This document shows, piece by piece, positions 10,187 through 22,241 of a stretch of DNA of 64,000 nucleotides. Source of the stretch: an uncultured cyanobacterium (GTDB lineage Bacteria; Cyanobacteriota; Cyanobacteriia; Phormidesmidales; Phormidesmidaceae); NCBI GenBank assembly GCA_963793265.1, contig CAWBZI010000002.1, positions 128,001-192,000 of the forward strand, in the 5' to 3' direction. The notes below the pieces were generated by a model that was not told where the DNA came from, did not search any database, and saw only the letters and a list, made by a program, of their open reading frames with translations. How positions within the stretch are numbered: the first letter of the stretch is position 1; the number at the start of each line of letters is the position of its first letter. A program made the translations under genes and the position numbers.

Positions 10187-12430
10187 ATGCCTGTTCTTCG
10201 AGTCTGTAAAATTCTAGTTTTAGCTGCCAACCCTCAAGACACGTCAGGGCTGCGGCTAGATGAGGAGGTGCGCGGCATTCAGCGCAGTATTCAGATGGCA
10301 AAAGAGCGCGATCGCTTCCAAATCATCTCTGAATGGGCCGTAAGAACAGAAGACCTGATCCAAATACTGATGACCCATCAGCCGCAGATTGTTCATTTTA
10401 TTGGGCACGGCAGCGGTCAACAGGGCTTAGTGCTAGATGACGGCAGGGGGCGTAGCCAAACGGTGCCCACGCGGGCGCTGGCGAGACTGTTTCAGCAGGT
10501 GAGCAGCGTGGAGTGCGTACTGCTAAACGCCTGCTATTCTGACACGCAGGCGAAAGCGATTGTTCAGTTTGTTTCCTGCGTGGTGGGAATGAATCAGCAG
10601 ATTGGCGATCCGGCAGCGACCAGCTTTTCGCGGGGTTTTTATACCGCGCTAGGGCACGGCAGCGCCTATGAAGCCGCTTATGAAATGGGGCGTACGGCAA
10701 TTGACTTAGAAGGGATTACAGAAGTGGAAACGCCTGTGCTGAGAACCCGTACGGGCCGAGTAATCAATGAGCGGTCTGCGCTAGATACTCAGCAAGACAG
10801 GCAGGCGAGGGCTCAGCGCGGCGAACAGGTGAGGGCTCAGCATGTATTTATCAGCTATCGAGATCAGTCGCCAGATAAAGATCTTGCTCAAGTGTTTTAC
10901 GATGCTTTTATCGACGCTGGGCATAGCGCTTTTATGGCGGCGGAGAGTATTAGATTAGGGGAAGACTGGCGCGATCGCATTGCGCTAGAGCTACGCCAGT
11001 GCGACTACTTTTTGCTTTTACTCTCGCCGCTATCAGCGATGAGCGAGATGGTGACAGAAGAGGTAAAAAGAGCGCGATCGTTTAGAGATCGGCGCGAAGA
11101 CGGCAGGCCCACCATCTTACCGATTCGGGTCAAGTTTCCAATAGACGATCCGCTAAACTACGAGCTACGAGGATATTTGCAGAAGATTCAGCAGCGAGAA
11201 TGGCAGTCTGAGGCCGACACGCCCGCGCTATTGCTAGAGCTAATAGCATTGCTGCAAGATGAGGTAGCGCTGCCGATTAGTCAGCCTGTCAGCACAAGAG
11301 ATATCGGCCTTGACCTTAGCCTTGAACAGGACGAAAGGCCGCTGCTGCCGCGTTCTGTTGTAGAAAGCATTGACCAGCCGCCGCTGCCAGTCGCAGAGCC
11401 GGAGCTGAAAAGAGAGCCGGGTGGGTCGGTGCCGCTGAAGTCGGGGCTGTATGTAAATAGGTCACCGATTGAAGCGGACTGTTTTGCTGAGATTGAACAA
11501 CCCGGTGCGTTGATTCGGATAAAAGCGCCGCGTCAGATGGGCAAAACATCGCTGATGGCACGCATTCTCAATCATTCTAGAGAGCTGGGCTATCAGACGG
11601 TGCCGATTAGCTTTCAGCGGGCAGATAGCTGTTTGTTTAACGATTTAGACCTGCTGCTGAAGTGGTTTTGCTCGCAGGTGGGGCGCAGGCTCAAAAAGCT
11701 GGCTGCGCTGGAAGATTACTGGACTGGCTTTGGCAGTAAGGACAAGTGCAATGCTTATTTTGAAGAATGCCTGCTGGCAGATTTGGAAGCGCCGCTGGTG
11801 CTAGCGCTTGATGAGGTAGACATGGTGTTTCCACATCCGGCGGTAGCGGACGACTTTTTTGCGCTGGTGCGCTCCTGGTATGAGTCGGCGCGCTATGGAG
11901 ACTTTGGTAGCGAGCTGTGGGAAAACCTGCGGCTGGTGATTGTTCATTCTACCGAAGTCTATGTGCCGCTGAACATCAACCAGTCTCCTTTTAACGTGGG
12001 CAAAAATGTAGAGCTGATGGAGTTTACCGCCGAGCAGGTGCAAGATCTAGCTGAGCGCTACGATCCGTCTGCTCGGATGAGTCAGACGCAGGCGCTGATG
12101 GCTTTGGTGAACGGGCATCCCTATCTAATTCGCAAAGCGCTGTACCACCTGCGGCGAGAAGATTTAACGCTGAATGAATTGGCTGAAACGGCGGCGACTG
12201 AAGCAGGCATCTATAGCGATCATCTGCGGCGGCATCTATACGTATTGCAAGACTATCCGCGGCTAGCAGAGGCATTTCGGCAGGTGGTGACCAAGCGTCA
12301 GGGCGTAGATATCGATGCGGAGTCGTCGTTTAAGTTGGAGAGTATGGGGCTGGTGAGACTGTCGGGTAATGAGGCAGCGCCGCGCTGCGAGGTGTACCGC
12401 GAGTATTTTTGCGAGCATCTAGAAGGCTAA
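10187..12430 (+). CDS. CHAT-TIR-AAA_35 protein
   Basis: [32 protein letters not shown]; Walker [10 protein letters not shown], Walker B LALDEVD, SPFNVG. Confidence 0.9.
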   Translation: MPVLRVCKILVLAANPQDTSGLRLDEEVRGIQRSIQMAKERDRFQIISEWAVRTEDLIQILMTHQPQIVHFIGHGSGQQGLVLDDGRGRSQTVPTRALARLFQQVSSVECVLLNACYSDTQAKAIVQFVSCVVGMNQQIGDPAATSFSRGFYTALGHGSAYEAAYEMGRTAIDLEGITEVETPVLRTRTGRVINERSALDTQQDRQARAQRGEQVRAQHVFISYRDQSPDKDLAQVFYDAFIDAGHSAFMAAESIRLGEDWRDRIALELRQCDYFLLLLSPLSAMSEMVTEEVKRARSFRDRREDGRPTILPIRVKFPIDDPLNYELRGYLQKIQQREWQSEADTPALLLELIALLQDEVALPISQPVSTRDIGLDLSLEQDERPLLPRSVVESIDQPPLPVAEPELKREPGGSVPLKSGLYVNRSPIEADCFAEIEQPGALIRIKAPRQMGKTSLMARILNHSRELGYQTVPISFQRADSCLFNDLDLLLKWFCSQVGRRLKKLAALEDYWTGFGSKDKCNAYFEECLLADLEAPLVLALDEVDMVFPHPAVADDFFALVRSWYESARYGDFGSELWENLRLVIVHSTEVYVPLNINQSPFNVGKNVELMEFTAEQVQDLAERYDPSARMSQTQALMALVNGHPYLIRKALYHLRREDLTLNELAETAATEAGIYSDHLRRHLYVLQDYPRLAEAFRQVVTKRQGVDIDAESSFKLESMGLVRLSGNEAAPRCEVYREYFCEHLEG

Positions 12431-12468
12431 AGGAAGGTCAAAAGGAAACTCTAAAAAGGAGGTCGGCG

Positions 12469-15400
12469 GTGAGAACAGCAACGGCAATTCAGTATACAGT
12501 TGGCGGAGCGCTGCGGCAGGATGCGCCTACTTATGTGGTTAGACAGGCAGATAGCGAACTTTACGAGGCGCTGATGGCCCGAGAGTATTGCTATGTGTTC
12601 AACTCTCGGCAAATGGGAAAGTCTAGCCTGCGGGTGCAGGTAATGCAGCGGCTGCTGAGTGAGGGCATGGCCTGCGGAGTTGTTGAGGTGACCAGTATTG
12701 TTGAATCAGGGACGACTTCAGAGCAGTGGTATCTGGGACTGATTCGGCGGCTGGCTCGGAGCTTGCGGCTCAAGGTGAAGGTATTGGAATGGTGGCGCGA
12801 TCGCACGGGCCTTTCGCCTATTCAATGCTTCAGCGAGTTTGTTGAAGACGTGCTGCTGCCCGCAATTGATCGCCCTGTTGTCATTTTCATAGACGAAATT
12901 GACAGTTTGTTTAATTTCGACTTCAACGACGATTTTTTCGCGCTGATTCGCGCTTTTTATCAGGAGCGTGCGGAAAATGAGGCGTATCGGTACTTGAGCT
13001 TTGTGCTATTAGGCGTAGCAACACCAGGCGATTTGATTCGTAACAAGCAGCGAACATCGTTTAATATTGGCGGCCAGTTTATCAACTTGAAGGGGTTTCA
13101 ACCGACTGAAACCAAACCTTTAGAGGCTGGCATTATCCGGCAAGCAGACAATCCGACAGCGGTGCTAGCGGCAATTCTAGACTGGACAAAGGGACAGCCG
13201 TTTTTAACACAACGGCTGTGTCAGCTTATTGCTGAAATGGATTTTAAGATTGTTGCAGGTGAGGAGCAGGCGCAGGTTGATCAGATAGTGCGATCGCGCC
13301 TTATAGAAGACTGGGAAGCCCAAGACGTATCGGTGCATTTGAAAACGATTCGCGATCGCATCCTCATTGATGAAACGCAAGCGGGCCGACTGCTGGGCCT
13401 ATACGAGCGCATTCTAATAGCTCAGAAAGTGCCTGCAACGGGCAGCGATGAACAAATTCAGCTACGGCTATCAGGGCTAATCCGTGAAGAGAATGGCTGC
13501 TTGCGGGTAGCCAATCCCATCTACCGGGCCGTATTTAATCAAGCCTGGATTGATGCGAGATTGTTGAGGCTGCGACCCTATGGCAGAGAGATTGCCGCCT
13601 GGTTGGCTTCAGCGAAAAAAGATGAGTCCCGGCTGTTAGAAGGAAAGGCTTTACAGAATGCGAGAGATTGGGCAGCCGGAAAGCTACTGAGCGACGACGA
13701 TCGGCTCTTTTTAGATGCCAGCCAGGAGCTAAGTCAGCGAGAGTTGCGTAAAGTGCTCTCTGCTGAGCAGCAGGCCAAAGAGATTTTGGCAGCGGCGAAC
13801 CGAAAGGCCGAGTCTCGGCTGCGGATAGGACGACTGGCTTTGGGCGGCACGGTTTTGGGTGCGATCGCTGCGGCCAGTGTAGCTGGATACGGGCTTTGGA
13901 ATGTAAGGCACCAAAAAGCAAACCTGGCACTTGAAATATCAGGAACTAACGCACTGCAAAAGTTTCAAAACAGGCCCATAGAAAGCTTGGTGGATGCGAT
14001 GAAAGCTGGGCAGCAGCTTCAGCAGCAGTCTAGACGCTCAGTAGACACTGATAGCTATCAGCACGCTGTTTATAGTCCATTAGTGGCGCTAGATAAGATT
14101 CTTCGAGAGATAACAGAAGTTAATCAAATTGAAATTTACAGCCGGGTTAGCAGTGCTAGCTTTAGCCCTGACGGACGGCGGATTGTAACCGCCAGCGAGA
14201 ATAGCGGCGCGCAGATATGGGATGCTGAGTCAGGCAAGGAACTACAGCAGTTCGAAGGCCATTCGGACGAGGTGACCAGCGCTAGCTTTAGCAGTGATGG
14301 ACAAAGAATCGTAACGACCAGTTACGACAATACCGTGCGGATATGGGATGCCGACTCAGGTGAGGAGCTACAGCAGCTCGACAGCGACTGGGAGAGGGTG
14401 AACAGCGCTAGCTTTAGTAATGACGGACGACGGATTGTAACGGCTAGTTATGACAACACCGTGCGGATATGGGACGCTGCGTCGGGCGCAGAACTACAAC
14501 AGCTTAAAGGCTATCCATCCACAGTCATCATTGCAAGCTTCAGCCCTGATGGGCAACAGATTGTAACGATCAGTGAGGCCACCGTGCGGATATGGGATGC
14601 CGAGTCGGGTGCACAACTACAAAAAGTTGAAGGTCATTCATCCATCGTGCACAGTGCCAGCTTCAGCCCTAATGGGAAGCAGATTGTAACAGCCAGTGCC
14701 GACAACACCGTGCGGATATGGGACGCTGCGTCGGGCGCAGAACTACAAAAGTTTGAAGGTCATTCGTCCATCGTGCACAGTGCTAGCTTTAGTGAGGATG
14801 GGCAGCGGATCTTAACAGCTAGTAATGATAACACCGTGCGGATATGGGACGCTGCGTCGGGCGCAGAACTACAAAAGTTTGAAGGTCATTCGTCCATCGT
14901 GCACAGTGCTAGCTTTAGCAAAGATGGGCAGCGGATTGTAACGGCCAGTTACGACAACACTGTGCGGATATGGGATACCGAGTCGGACAAGAAGATACAA
15001 CAGCTTGAAGGTCATTCATCCATACTGAACAGTGCTAGCTTTAGCGAAGATGGGCAGCGAATTGTAACGGCCAGTGGCGACACCACCGCACGGGTATGGA
15101 ATGCCAATTCAGGCGCAGAACTACAACAGCTCAAAGGCTATGAATACGGAGTCAACAGCGCCAGCTTTAGCCCTGATGGGCAGCGGATTGTAACGGCTAG
15201 TTGGGACAACACCGTGCGGGTATGGAATGCCGAATCGGGCAAAGAACTACAACAGCTCAAGGGACATTCATCTGCGGCGTATAGCGCCAGCTTTAGCCCT
15301 GATGGGCAGCGGATTGTAACGGCTAGTTGGGACAACACCGCGCGGGTATGGGATGCCGAATCAGGCGCAGAACTGCTACAGCTTGGCGGTCATTCATCGT

Positions 15401-16533
15401 CAATGAACAGTGCTAGCTTTAGCAAGGATGGGCGACGGATTGTAACGGCTAGTTGGGACAACACCGCGCGGGTATGGGATGCCGAATCAGGCGCAGAACT
15501 GCTACAGCTTGACGGTCATTCGTCTATAGTGAACAGTGCTAGCTTCAGCCGCGATGGGCAGCGGATTGTGACGGCGAGTAATGATAACACCACGCGGGTA
15601 TGGGATGCCGAATCAGGCGCAGAACTACTACAGCTTGACGGTCATTCATCGTCGGTGCGTAGTGCCAGCTTCAGCCGCGATGGGCAGCGGATTGTGACGG
15701 CGAGTGATGACTACACCGCACGGGTATGGGACGCCGAGTCGGGGGCGCTACTACAAAAGCTTGAAGGCCACACAGCGCCGGTTCGGGGTGCTAACTTCAG
15801 CCGCGACGGGCAGTGGATTGTAACGGCCAGCGTTGACAACACGGCTCGGATTTGGCCAGCACACAACCTGACTCAGCTACTCGAACAGGGCTGTGACTAC
15901 CTCAATGCTTATTTTGTGACGCATCCATATGATTTGGAGACACTGACAAGCTGTCAGACTGACGCTCGCAAGATAGCGGCTGCTCCCGCTTTTATCAAAG
16001 CAGGCGATCGCAATGCTGCCAATCATCAAATTGAACAAGCCATTGCCAGCTACCAAGACGCACTCCGGTGGAATCCGAGCGTCAGTATACAGCCTGAGCA
16101 ACGTGCCCAAGTTCAGTCTGCCCCTTTTTGGATTGGGCAGGGTAAAAACGCCATGAGCAAAGATGATACTTTAAAAGCAATAGAAGATATTGAAACAGCC
16201 TTTCAATTAGATCCCTCTGTTAGGGTTTCTGCCGTAGTTTTGAGCAGCCTCTGCTGGGTAGGAAGCCTTGAGGACTATGCAAAAGAGGCGATTTCCATCT
16301 GTGATGAGGCTGTAGAACGCCTGCCAACCGCTAATGTCTATGACAGTAGAGGAGTTGCTAGAGCTTTGATAGGAGACTATAGCGGCGCTGTTGCCGATTT
16401 GGAGAAAGCAATAGCGCTAGGTCTTGACGAGGAGTATGAGGTGAAAAGAAAAGCCTGGGTTACAGCGCTCAAGGCGGGCAGAAATCCATTGACGCCTAGT
16501 GAGCTAGAAGCTTTAAAGGCTGGCGAAACGTGA
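12469..16533 (+). CDS. AAA_35 NTPase-TM-WD40(x14)-TPR protein (NLR-like)
   Basis: GTG 12469 after [29 protein letters not shown]; hydrophobic helix; 14 WD40 repeats; C-terminal TPRs. Confidence 0.9.
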   Translation: MRTATAIQYTVGGALRQDAPTYVVRQADSELYEALMAREYCYVFNSRQMGKSSLRVQVMQRLLSEGMACGVVEVTSIVESGTTSEQWYLGLIRRLARSLRLKVKVLEWWRDRTGLSPIQCFSEFVEDVLLPAIDRPVVIFIDEIDSLFNFDFNDDFFALIRAFYQERAENEAYRYLSFVLLGVATPGDLIRNKQRTSFNIGGQFINLKGFQPTETKPLEAGIIRQADNPTAVLAAILDWTKGQPFLTQRLCQLIAEMDFKIVAGEEQAQVDQIVRSRLIEDWEAQDVSVHLKTIRDRILIDETQAGRLLGLYERILIAQKVPATGSDEQIQLRLSGLIREENGCLRVANPIYRAVFNQAWIDARLLRLRPYGREIAAWLASAKKDESRLLEGKALQNARDWAAGKLLSDDDRLFLDASQELSQRELRKVLSAEQQAKEILAAANRKAESRLRIGRLALGGTVLGAIAAASVAGYGLWNVRHQKANLALEISGTNALQKFQNRPIESLVDAMKAGQQLQQQSRRSVDTDSYQHAVYSPLVALDKILREITEVNQIEIYSRVSSASFSPDGRRIVTASENSGAQIWDAESGKELQQFEGHSDEVTSASFSSDGQRIVTTSYDNTVRIWDADSGEELQQLDSDWERVNSASFSNDGRRIVTASYDNTVRIWDAASGAELQQLKGYPSTVIIASFSPDGQQIVTISEATVRIWDAESGAQLQKVEGHSSIVHSASFSPNGKQIVTASADNTVRIWDAASGAELQKFEGHSSIVHSASFSEDGQRILTASNDNTVRIWDAASGAELQKFEGHSSIVHSASFSKDGQRIVTASYDNTVRIWDTESDKKIQQLEGHSSILNSASFSEDGQRIVTASGDTTARVWNANSGAELQQLKGYEYGVNSASFSPDGQRIVTASWDNTVRVWNAESGKELQQLKGHSSAAYSASFSPDGQRIVTASWDNTARVWDAESGAELLQLGGHSSSMNSASFSKDGRRIVTASWDNTARVWDAESGAELLQLDGHSSIVNSASFSRDGQRIVTASNDNTTRVWDAESGAELLQLDGHSSSVRSASFSRDGQRIVTASDDYTARVWDAESGALLQKLEGHTAPVRGANFSRDGQWIVTASVDNTARIWPAHNLTQLLEQGCDYLNAYFVTHPYDLETLTSCQTDARKIAAAPAFIKAGDRNAANHQIEQAIASYQDALRWNPSVSIQPEQRAQVQSAPFWIGQGKNAMSKDDTLKAIEDIETAFQLDPSVRVSAVVLSSLCWVGSLEDYAKEAISICDEAVERLPTANVYDSRGVARALIGDYSGAVADLEKAIALGLDEEYEVKRKAWVTALKAGRNPLTPSELEALKAGET
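14140..15860 (+). repeat. 126-bp WD40-coding repeat array with high nucleotide identity
   Basis: 14 units; 14704-14792 is identical to 14830-14918 (89 nt). Confidence 0.9.
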
Positions 16534-16565
16534 TAAATGTCACGGCCTGACAATGACATTTATCA
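16531..16565. promoter_or_regulatory. Paired operator-like palindrome
   Basis: TGATAAATGTCA-N11-TGACATTTATCA, perfect inverted pair about 80 bp before the caspase-STAND gene. Confidence 0.7.
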
Positions 16566-16641
16566 GATGTTTTTGAAGCGGCTGGTCTTGTAGGTTGAGG
16601 TTATCTTTCTAGCGAGTAACCCTTTGTAGCGGTAGCCTGTC

Positions 16642-19600
16642 ATGTCTGAATTCTCTCACAATCTAGCCGTTGTTGTTGGCATCGATCGCTACACCAACGG
16701 CATTGCACCCCTTCAGACGGCGGTGAGCGATGTGAGGGCGATCGCACATCAGCTACAGCAGGCCCATCACTACCAAGTTCTCTCATACATCAACGAGCAG
16801 GCCACATTAGCCAACTTGCAGCACTTGCTAACGGTCATTTTGCCGCAGCAGGTCAAGCCCGATAGCCGCCTGCTCCTTTACTTTGCGGGGCACGGCATTG
16901 CCCTCAACGGTGACGAGCAGCCGGAAGGCTACCTAATTCCGCAAGATGCTACGACTGGAAACACCAGCGGCTACCTCTCGATGCCGATGCTACAAGCGGC
17001 GCTGAGCAAGCTGCCCTGTCGGCACTTTTTAGGCATTTTAGACTGCTGCTTTGCAGGCATGTTTCGCTGGTCTAGCACGCGCGATATCAGCTACGTTCCA
17101 GACGTAATTTACAAAGAGCGCTACGACCGCTTTATTCAAGATGCGGCCTGGCAAATTATCACGTCTGCCGCCTACGACCAGCGGGCCTTAGATTCTCTAT
17201 CTATCGAGACTGACCGGGGACAGGTTGGCAATCACTCTCCTTTCGCCACGGCGCTACTAGAAGCCCTTTCTGGCGAAGCAGATCTCTATCCTGCTGCAAA
17301 GAAAAGTATATCTGCTGGCGACGGTGTGATTACAGCAACAGAGCTGTATTTATATATACGAGATCGGGTTGAGCCGATAGCAGCAGCCAGAGAGCAGCGG
17401 CAAACACCGGGTTTGTGGCCGCTGCGAAGACACGACAAAGGAGAATATATCTTTCTGTCGCCGGAGCATCCGCTCAACCTGCCGCCTGCCCCAGTGCTGA
17501 GTCCATCGAAGAATCCCTATCGTGGACTGAAAGCATTTGAGCCCGCTGATAGCGATCTGTTTTTTGGCAGACAGAGATTGAGCCAGCAGCTTTTTAAGGC
17601 AGTGAGCCAGCAGCCTTTAACGGTCGTGCTAGGCGCTTCGGGCAGCGGTAAGTCTAGCCTGGCAAAGGCCGGGCTGGTTGCCAAGCTGATGCAGCAAGCG
17701 CGTAGCGAGGCGGTTAGCGGAGTCGTTGACCACTGGCAGGTTTTGCCGGTTCTGCGTTTAGGTGATGACCCATTTTCAGCTTTGCAACAGATGTTGAGTG
17801 AGGAAGGAGAAGGACAGGAGACGCTAACTGACTATGTGAACGATTGGCGTCGGCGCGTGCCTGGCTGTCGGGTGGTGCTGGTGATAGATCAGTTTGAAGA
17901 ATTGATTACGCTTGGGGCAAGTGAGCCTGAAAGAGAGTCTTTTTTGGAGATGCTGAATCGCACGATCGCTACTCACCCAAACCAGCTACGCCTTGTCCTC
18001 ACACTGCGCTCTGATTTTGAACCTCAGCTTCAAAGCACTGCCCTCAAGCCCTATTGGCACGACGCTCGCTTTATCGTTACACCGATGAGCAGAGCCGACC
18101 TGCGCGCTGCCATTGTTCAACCTGCTGCCGCACGCGTTATTCATTTCCAATCAGACGACGCTGAGCATTCGCTTGTCGATCGGCTCATTGACGAGGTAGC
18201 AGAGATGCCAGGTGCGCTGCCGCTGCTCTCTTTTACGCTTAGCGAGCTATATCTGAAATATCTAGAGCGACAGAATGAGGCAAAGCGTAAAGGGCAGATC
18301 ATTGAGCGAACGATTACAGAGGCCGACTATAGAGAATTAGGAGGAGTTGCCCGTAGTCTGACTCAGCGAGCCGACGAGGAGTATGAGACGTTAGTTGCTC
18401 GCGATCCAAAGTACGCGCTGACCATCCGCAATATGATGCTGCGCCTGGTGGCCGTGAACGGCGCGCAAATTGCTCGCAGAAGCGTTTTATTAGAAGAGTT
18501 TGACTATCCAACGATAGAGAATCAAAGGGTGCAGACGGTGATTCAACAGTTTACGGCGGCGCGTTTGCTTGTGAAGGGCGAGGGCGCTGACGGGCGGATC
18601 TATGTAGAACCAGCTCACGATGCTCTGGTGCTGGGCTGGCAGCGATTGTTGGCCTGGCAGCAGATAGAAAAGGCCGATTTGATATTGCAGCGGCGGCTAA
18701 CATCAGCGGCACAGGAGTGGCGATCGCGTCCCGCCAAAGAGGCACCCAAGTTCCTTTGGCACGCGAACCCCTATCTCGATGTTTTCCAGCAAATGCTAAA
18801 GATAAATAGCCACCGATTAAACAAACTCGAAACCACCTTTGTTCAAAAAAGCTTACTGCGCAGGCGTCAAAATGCAAGCTGGCGATGGCGAATTGCGATC
18901 GCGACTATTCTAGGGCTTAGCGGCCTGTCAATTGCCGCCATTGCCGGACGTAGAGATGCCCTAGTCGGCCAAATTAGCACCGCTCAAAATGCGGCAGACG
19001 TCAATTTTCGCGCAGGCCAATCGCTCGACGCCCTGCGCGATAGTCTGGTAGCTGCGCAGATTTTTGAGCAGCCGCTGCTACAGATTTTTAGACCTGATCA
19101 ACAATTGCGATCGCGGGTCACCGGAATGCTGCAAACCATGGTCTATGCCACCCCAGAGCGCAACCGCCTAATCGCACATCAGGGCACTGTTCGCAGCGAT
19201 ACGAGCCCAAATGGTGAGTTTGTTGTCAGCGCTGGGGAGGATGACAGGGTTGTTGTTTGGAACCAGCAAGGACAAAAACAGGCCCAGTGGACAGCTCAGC
19301 AGGAGCAGATATACAGCGTTCGCATTAGCCTCGATAGCCAGACGATTGCAACTGGCGGGGCAGACGGCAGCGTTCGTTTGTGGAACGCTCAAGGGCAGCT
19401 ACTTACAGAATTAAAAGGACATCGCGATATTGTCAGAGGGATTAGCTTTAGTCCTGATGGGCGATCGCTGGCGACCGCTGGCCAAGACAAAGCAATTCGA
19501 CTTTGGGATTTACAACAGCAGCAGATACGCGCGACCTTGGCAGGCCATAAAGCAGCCGTTTGGAGCATTGCCTTTAGTCCCAACGGCCAGCAGCTAGCCA

Positions 19601-20613
19601 GCGCCTCTGACGACGGCACGTTTCGACTTTGGAGCGCGCAGGGCAGGCCGATACAGACCTTTGAAGCGCAGCAGGGAAACCTTCACGCTATTCGGTTTAG
19701 CCCCCAGGGCAATCGCCTGGCAACAGCCGGTGAAGACGGTCGAATTCTCCTGTGGAACTTAAAGGGTGAGCCCTTGGCAATTTTGACAGGGCATCAGGGA
19801 CGAATATGGAGCCTGAACTTTAACGCGCAGGGGCAGCTTGGCAGCGCTTCAGGAGATGGGACGATACGTCTGTGGTCAGAAGTGGGGCAAACGTTAGAAG
19901 TGTTGCAGAGTCATCAGGGGCCGGTGAGAACGGTTAGTTTCGCCTCTAATTCTCAACAGTTAGTAACCAGTGGTGATGACAGTACAGTCCGCCTGTGGGA
20001 TTTCCAAAGGCAGCAGGCGGCGGTGCCGGATTATATTAAAGATGAGATGGACGGAAGTTTGGTTGCGATCAGTCCTGATGGGCAGCAGACGGCTACCGCC
20101 GGAGACGATGGAACTGTAAGATTGTGGAGCTTTGAAGGTGAGCTGCTAGGCCAGTTTGGAGGACACTTGGGAGCGGTGAAAAGCGTTGCTTTTAGCCCTG
20201 ATGGCGAGCAGCTTGCCAGTGGTGGAGAAGATGGTACCGTCCGTCTGTGGAACACGCAGGAGAATAGTCAAGACTTTCAGAGCGCCGTCTTCCAGGTTCA
20301 GAGTGCAGCGGTGAATTCAGTTTCGTTTCAGCCTACCGGAGGGCTTCTCGCTTCTGGCGACAGCGCGGGTAACGTGCAGCTATGGGATCTCAATGCTAAA
20401 GAATTGTTTGCTAGCTGGCAGGCGCATCCGGGCTCAGCCATTCGCGATATTAGAATAGGCGATAGAGAGATTGTGACTGCAGCAGAAGGGGATGCCTATG
20501 TGTGGCCTTTAGAAGATTTTGGCCAGCTTCAGGAAAGAGGATGCGGGCTGATAGAGAACTATCTGAGCCATGCAGAAGGTAGAAGTGGAGGCGATCGCAA
20601 CCTTTGCTCGTAA
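16642..20613 (+). CDS. Caspase C14-STAND NTPase (nSTAND1-like)-TM-WD40 protein
   Basis: FAGHG/DCCF dyad; NPYRGL..FFGR; GASGSGKSS; IDQFEE; GALPLLSF; AHDAL; WD40 repeats. Confidence 0.92.
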   Translation: MSEFSHNLAVVVGIDRYTNGIAPLQTAVSDVRAIAHQLQQAHHYQVLSYINEQATLANLQHLLTVILPQQVKPDSRLLLYFAGHGIALNGDEQPEGYLIPQDATTGNTSGYLSMPMLQAALSKLPCRHFLGILDCCFAGMFRWSSTRDISYVPDVIYKERYDRFIQDAAWQIITSAAYDQRALDSLSIETDRGQVGNHSPFATALLEALSGEADLYPAAKKSISAGDGVITATELYLYIRDRVEPIAAAREQRQTPGLWPLRRHDKGEYIFLSPEHPLNLPPAPVLSPSKNPYRGLKAFEPADSDLFFGRQRLSQQLFKAVSQQPLTVVLGASGSGKSSLAKAGLVAKLMQQARSEAVSGVVDHWQVLPVLRLGDDPFSALQQMLSEEGEGQETLTDYVNDWRRRVPGCRVVLVIDQFEELITLGASEPERESFLEMLNRTIATHPNQLRLVLTLRSDFEPQLQSTALKPYWHDARFIVTPMSRADLRAAIVQPAAARVIHFQSDDAEHSLVDRLIDEVAEMPGALPLLSFTLSELYLKYLERQNEAKRKGQIIERTITEADYRELGGVARSLTQRADEEYETLVARDPKYALTIRNMMLRLVAVNGAQIARRSVLLEEFDYPTIENQRVQTVIQQFTAARLLVKGEGADGRIYVEPAHDALVLGWQRLLAWQQIEKADLILQRRLTSAAQEWRSRPAKEAPKFLWHANPYLDVFQQMLKINSHRLNKLETTFVQKSLLRRRQNASWRWRIAIATILGLSGLSIAAIAGRRDALVGQISTAQNAADVNFRAGQSLDALRDSLVAAQIFEQPLLQIFRPDQQLRSRVTGMLQTMVYATPERNRLIAHQGTVRSDTSPNGEFVVSAGEDDRVVVWNQQGQKQAQWTAQQEQIYSVRISLDSQTIATGGADGSVRLWNAQGQLLTELKGHRDIVRGISFSPDGRSLATAGQDKAIRLWDLQQQQIRATLAGHKAAVWSIAFSPNGQQLASASDDGTFRLWSAQGRPIQTFEAQQGNLHAIRFSPQGNRLATAGEDGRILLWNLKGEPLAILTGHQGRIWSLNFNAQGQLGSASGDGTIRLWSEVGQTLEVLQSHQGPVRTVSFASNSQQLVTSGDDSTVRLWDFQRQQAAVPDYIKDEMDGSLVAISPDGQQTATAGDDGTVRLWSFEGELLGQFGGHLGAVKSVAFSPDGEQLASGGEDGTVRLWNTQENSQDFQSAVFQVQSAAVNSVSFQPTGGLLASGDSAGNVQLWDLNAKELFASWQAHPGSAIRDIRIGDREIVTAAEGDAYVWPLEDFGQLQERGCGLIENYLSHAEGRSGGDRNLCS

Positions 20614-20705
20614 AAGCTGCATAAGTTTATGCGCCCCTATCCTAGTTATAGCTAACCCCTAATAAATATCTAATGGCCGCAAGCGGCTACAGAGGTGCCT
20701 ACTTT

Positions 20706-22169
20706 ATGAACGCTCTATCTAAATACTGGTCTAAATATTGGACGATGTGGCGTATTAGCCCTAGCGACGATCGGTATCGATATCAGCCTAAGGGCATCGC
20801 ACCCGCCAAAGCCTTCTGTAGCCAACAGGTAAATAGAAGTGAAATAGAGGCTAAGCCACTGACTATCAGCGTGCAAAAGATCTTGCTTTCTCAGTTTCAA
20901 GAAAATGGTAAATTTTCAACTGATGATTCTTCTGACCTACTAAAGCAAGCCTACGCGGGACTTTGCTTACGCTGCTACGTATCTGCGCCGATTCTCAAAG
21001 CCTGTCAGAAAATAGACGCCTTGTTTTCGAGCAACAAGTCTTTTAGCTATCAAGACCTGCTGCCCTTTGTGCTCAATGATGACGGGCGATCGCTGATCGT
21101 AGTCGATGACAAGCAGACTCAACAAACGGTGAGTGAAGCTGGTGAGCTAAAACCTTCTGCTTTTAAGGTGTTTTCCGTTGAGGTGCTGAAAACTTATAGG
21201 GGCGATCGCGCCAATAGCATGAGCCTGGACAACTGGACTTTTTTGCGAACCAAGCAGCAGCCAGACCTGAAGCGTTTTCTAACCGAGTTTGGCTTTCAGC
21301 CCTTCAGCGATTGGACGCTTTTGAACCGCATACAGGTCAATCAGCTAGAGCGACTTTCAAAAAGAGAGCAGGCGATTGTAGCCGCGTTTCATCAGGTGTA
21401 TCGGCGTGATCGCAGAGCCCGCAAGCAAGTGAGCCGCTGCAAAGATCCCACGCCCGCGCAGCTAGCCGAAATGAACCAGCAGCTCCAGCGAAAGGTTATG
21501 GCTTTTGATAAAAACACCGAACTGCTAAAAGCACTCAAGCAGATAGCAGAGCAGCTCAGGACGTTCGACATTTGGCAGGCCCGAGAGCCGCTAGAAGTGA
21601 GGGATACAGAGACAGGCGACTACACAATCAGAGCAGATCTACCTGCAAATACTATCGATGAATCGACGGTAGAAGAGCAGGAATTTATAGCCTATTTACA
21701 GCAGCAGCTCATGATTGCGCTCACCCATGCCGTTGAACAAGCCGTTCAAAGCAAGATTGCAAAATTAAGGAAAAGTAAAAGATACTCGCCCTTTGCAGAC
21801 GCTTACCTGATCGGCCTTCAGCGCTATTATCAAAAAGGGCTATCGCTCAAAGATATTGGGCCGCAGCTAGGGATGAACAATTGGGATCAAACCCGGCGCA
21901 TCCTCAACCCAGGAGAACTGCTTACTCAGGTGCGGCAGCTTACCGTACAACAGCTATTAGCAGCTATTCTAAAAGCCGCTCAGGACAAAGGACTAGCTGC
22001 TACGCCTGCCGAACCTACCTATCTACGCACCTTAATGGAACAGATAGAGACATTTGTTGACAGCAAACTCTTTATTGAAGCCGCCTCCGAAATCAAAGCT
22101 GGGAAGAGTCGCTCTTTAGACAGTGATTATGCAAAGGCTCTGATTTGCTATATCGAACAGTTCAGTTAA
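20706..22169 (+). CDS. Cyanobacterial sigma-like/HTH putative transcription regulator
   Basis: All-helical protein with YYQKGLSLKDIGPQLGM..TRRIL HTH-like segment; directly upstream of DUF1822, like the sigma-like gene at 54910. Confidence 0.55.
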   Translation: MNALSKYWSKYWTMWRISPSDDRYRYQPKGIAPAKAFCSQQVNRSEIEAKPLTISVQKILLSQFQENGKFSTDDSSDLLKQAYAGLCLRCYVSAPILKACQKIDALFSSNKSFSYQDLLPFVLNDDGRSLIVVDDKQTQQTVSEAGELKPSAFKVFSVEVLKTYRGDRANSMSLDNWTFLRTKQQPDLKRFLTEFGFQPFSDWTLLNRIQVNQLERLSKREQAIVAAFHQVYRRDRRARKQVSRCKDPTPAQLAEMNQQLQRKVMAFDKNTELLKALKQIAEQLRTFDIWQAREPLEVRDTETGDYTIRADLPANTIDESTVEEQEFIAYLQQQLMIALTHAVEQAVQSKIAKLRKSKRYSPFADAYLIGLQRYYQKGLSLKDIGPQLGMNNWDQTRRILNPGELLTQVRQLTVQQLLAAILKAAQDKGLAATPAEPTYLRTLMEQIETFVDSKLFIEAASEIKAGKSRSLDSDYAKALICYIEQFS

Positions 22170-22201
22170 ACAACGCGCCAGCTTTAACAGAATTTGACGC
22201 T

Positions 22202-22230
22202 CGAAAACGCCCGAAAACGCCCGAAAACGC
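22202..22230 (+). repeat. 10-bp tandem repeat
   Basis: CGAAAACGCC x3 (last copy partial) just upstream of ATG 22242. Confidence 0.8.
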
Positions 22231-22241
22231 TTAGTGCAATC

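Noticed and set aside
14140..15860. Regular repeats as a CRISPR array or DGR target
   Set aside because: Units are in-frame 126-bp WD40 codons with no unique spacers; no cas genes, reverse transcriptase or template repeat in the window
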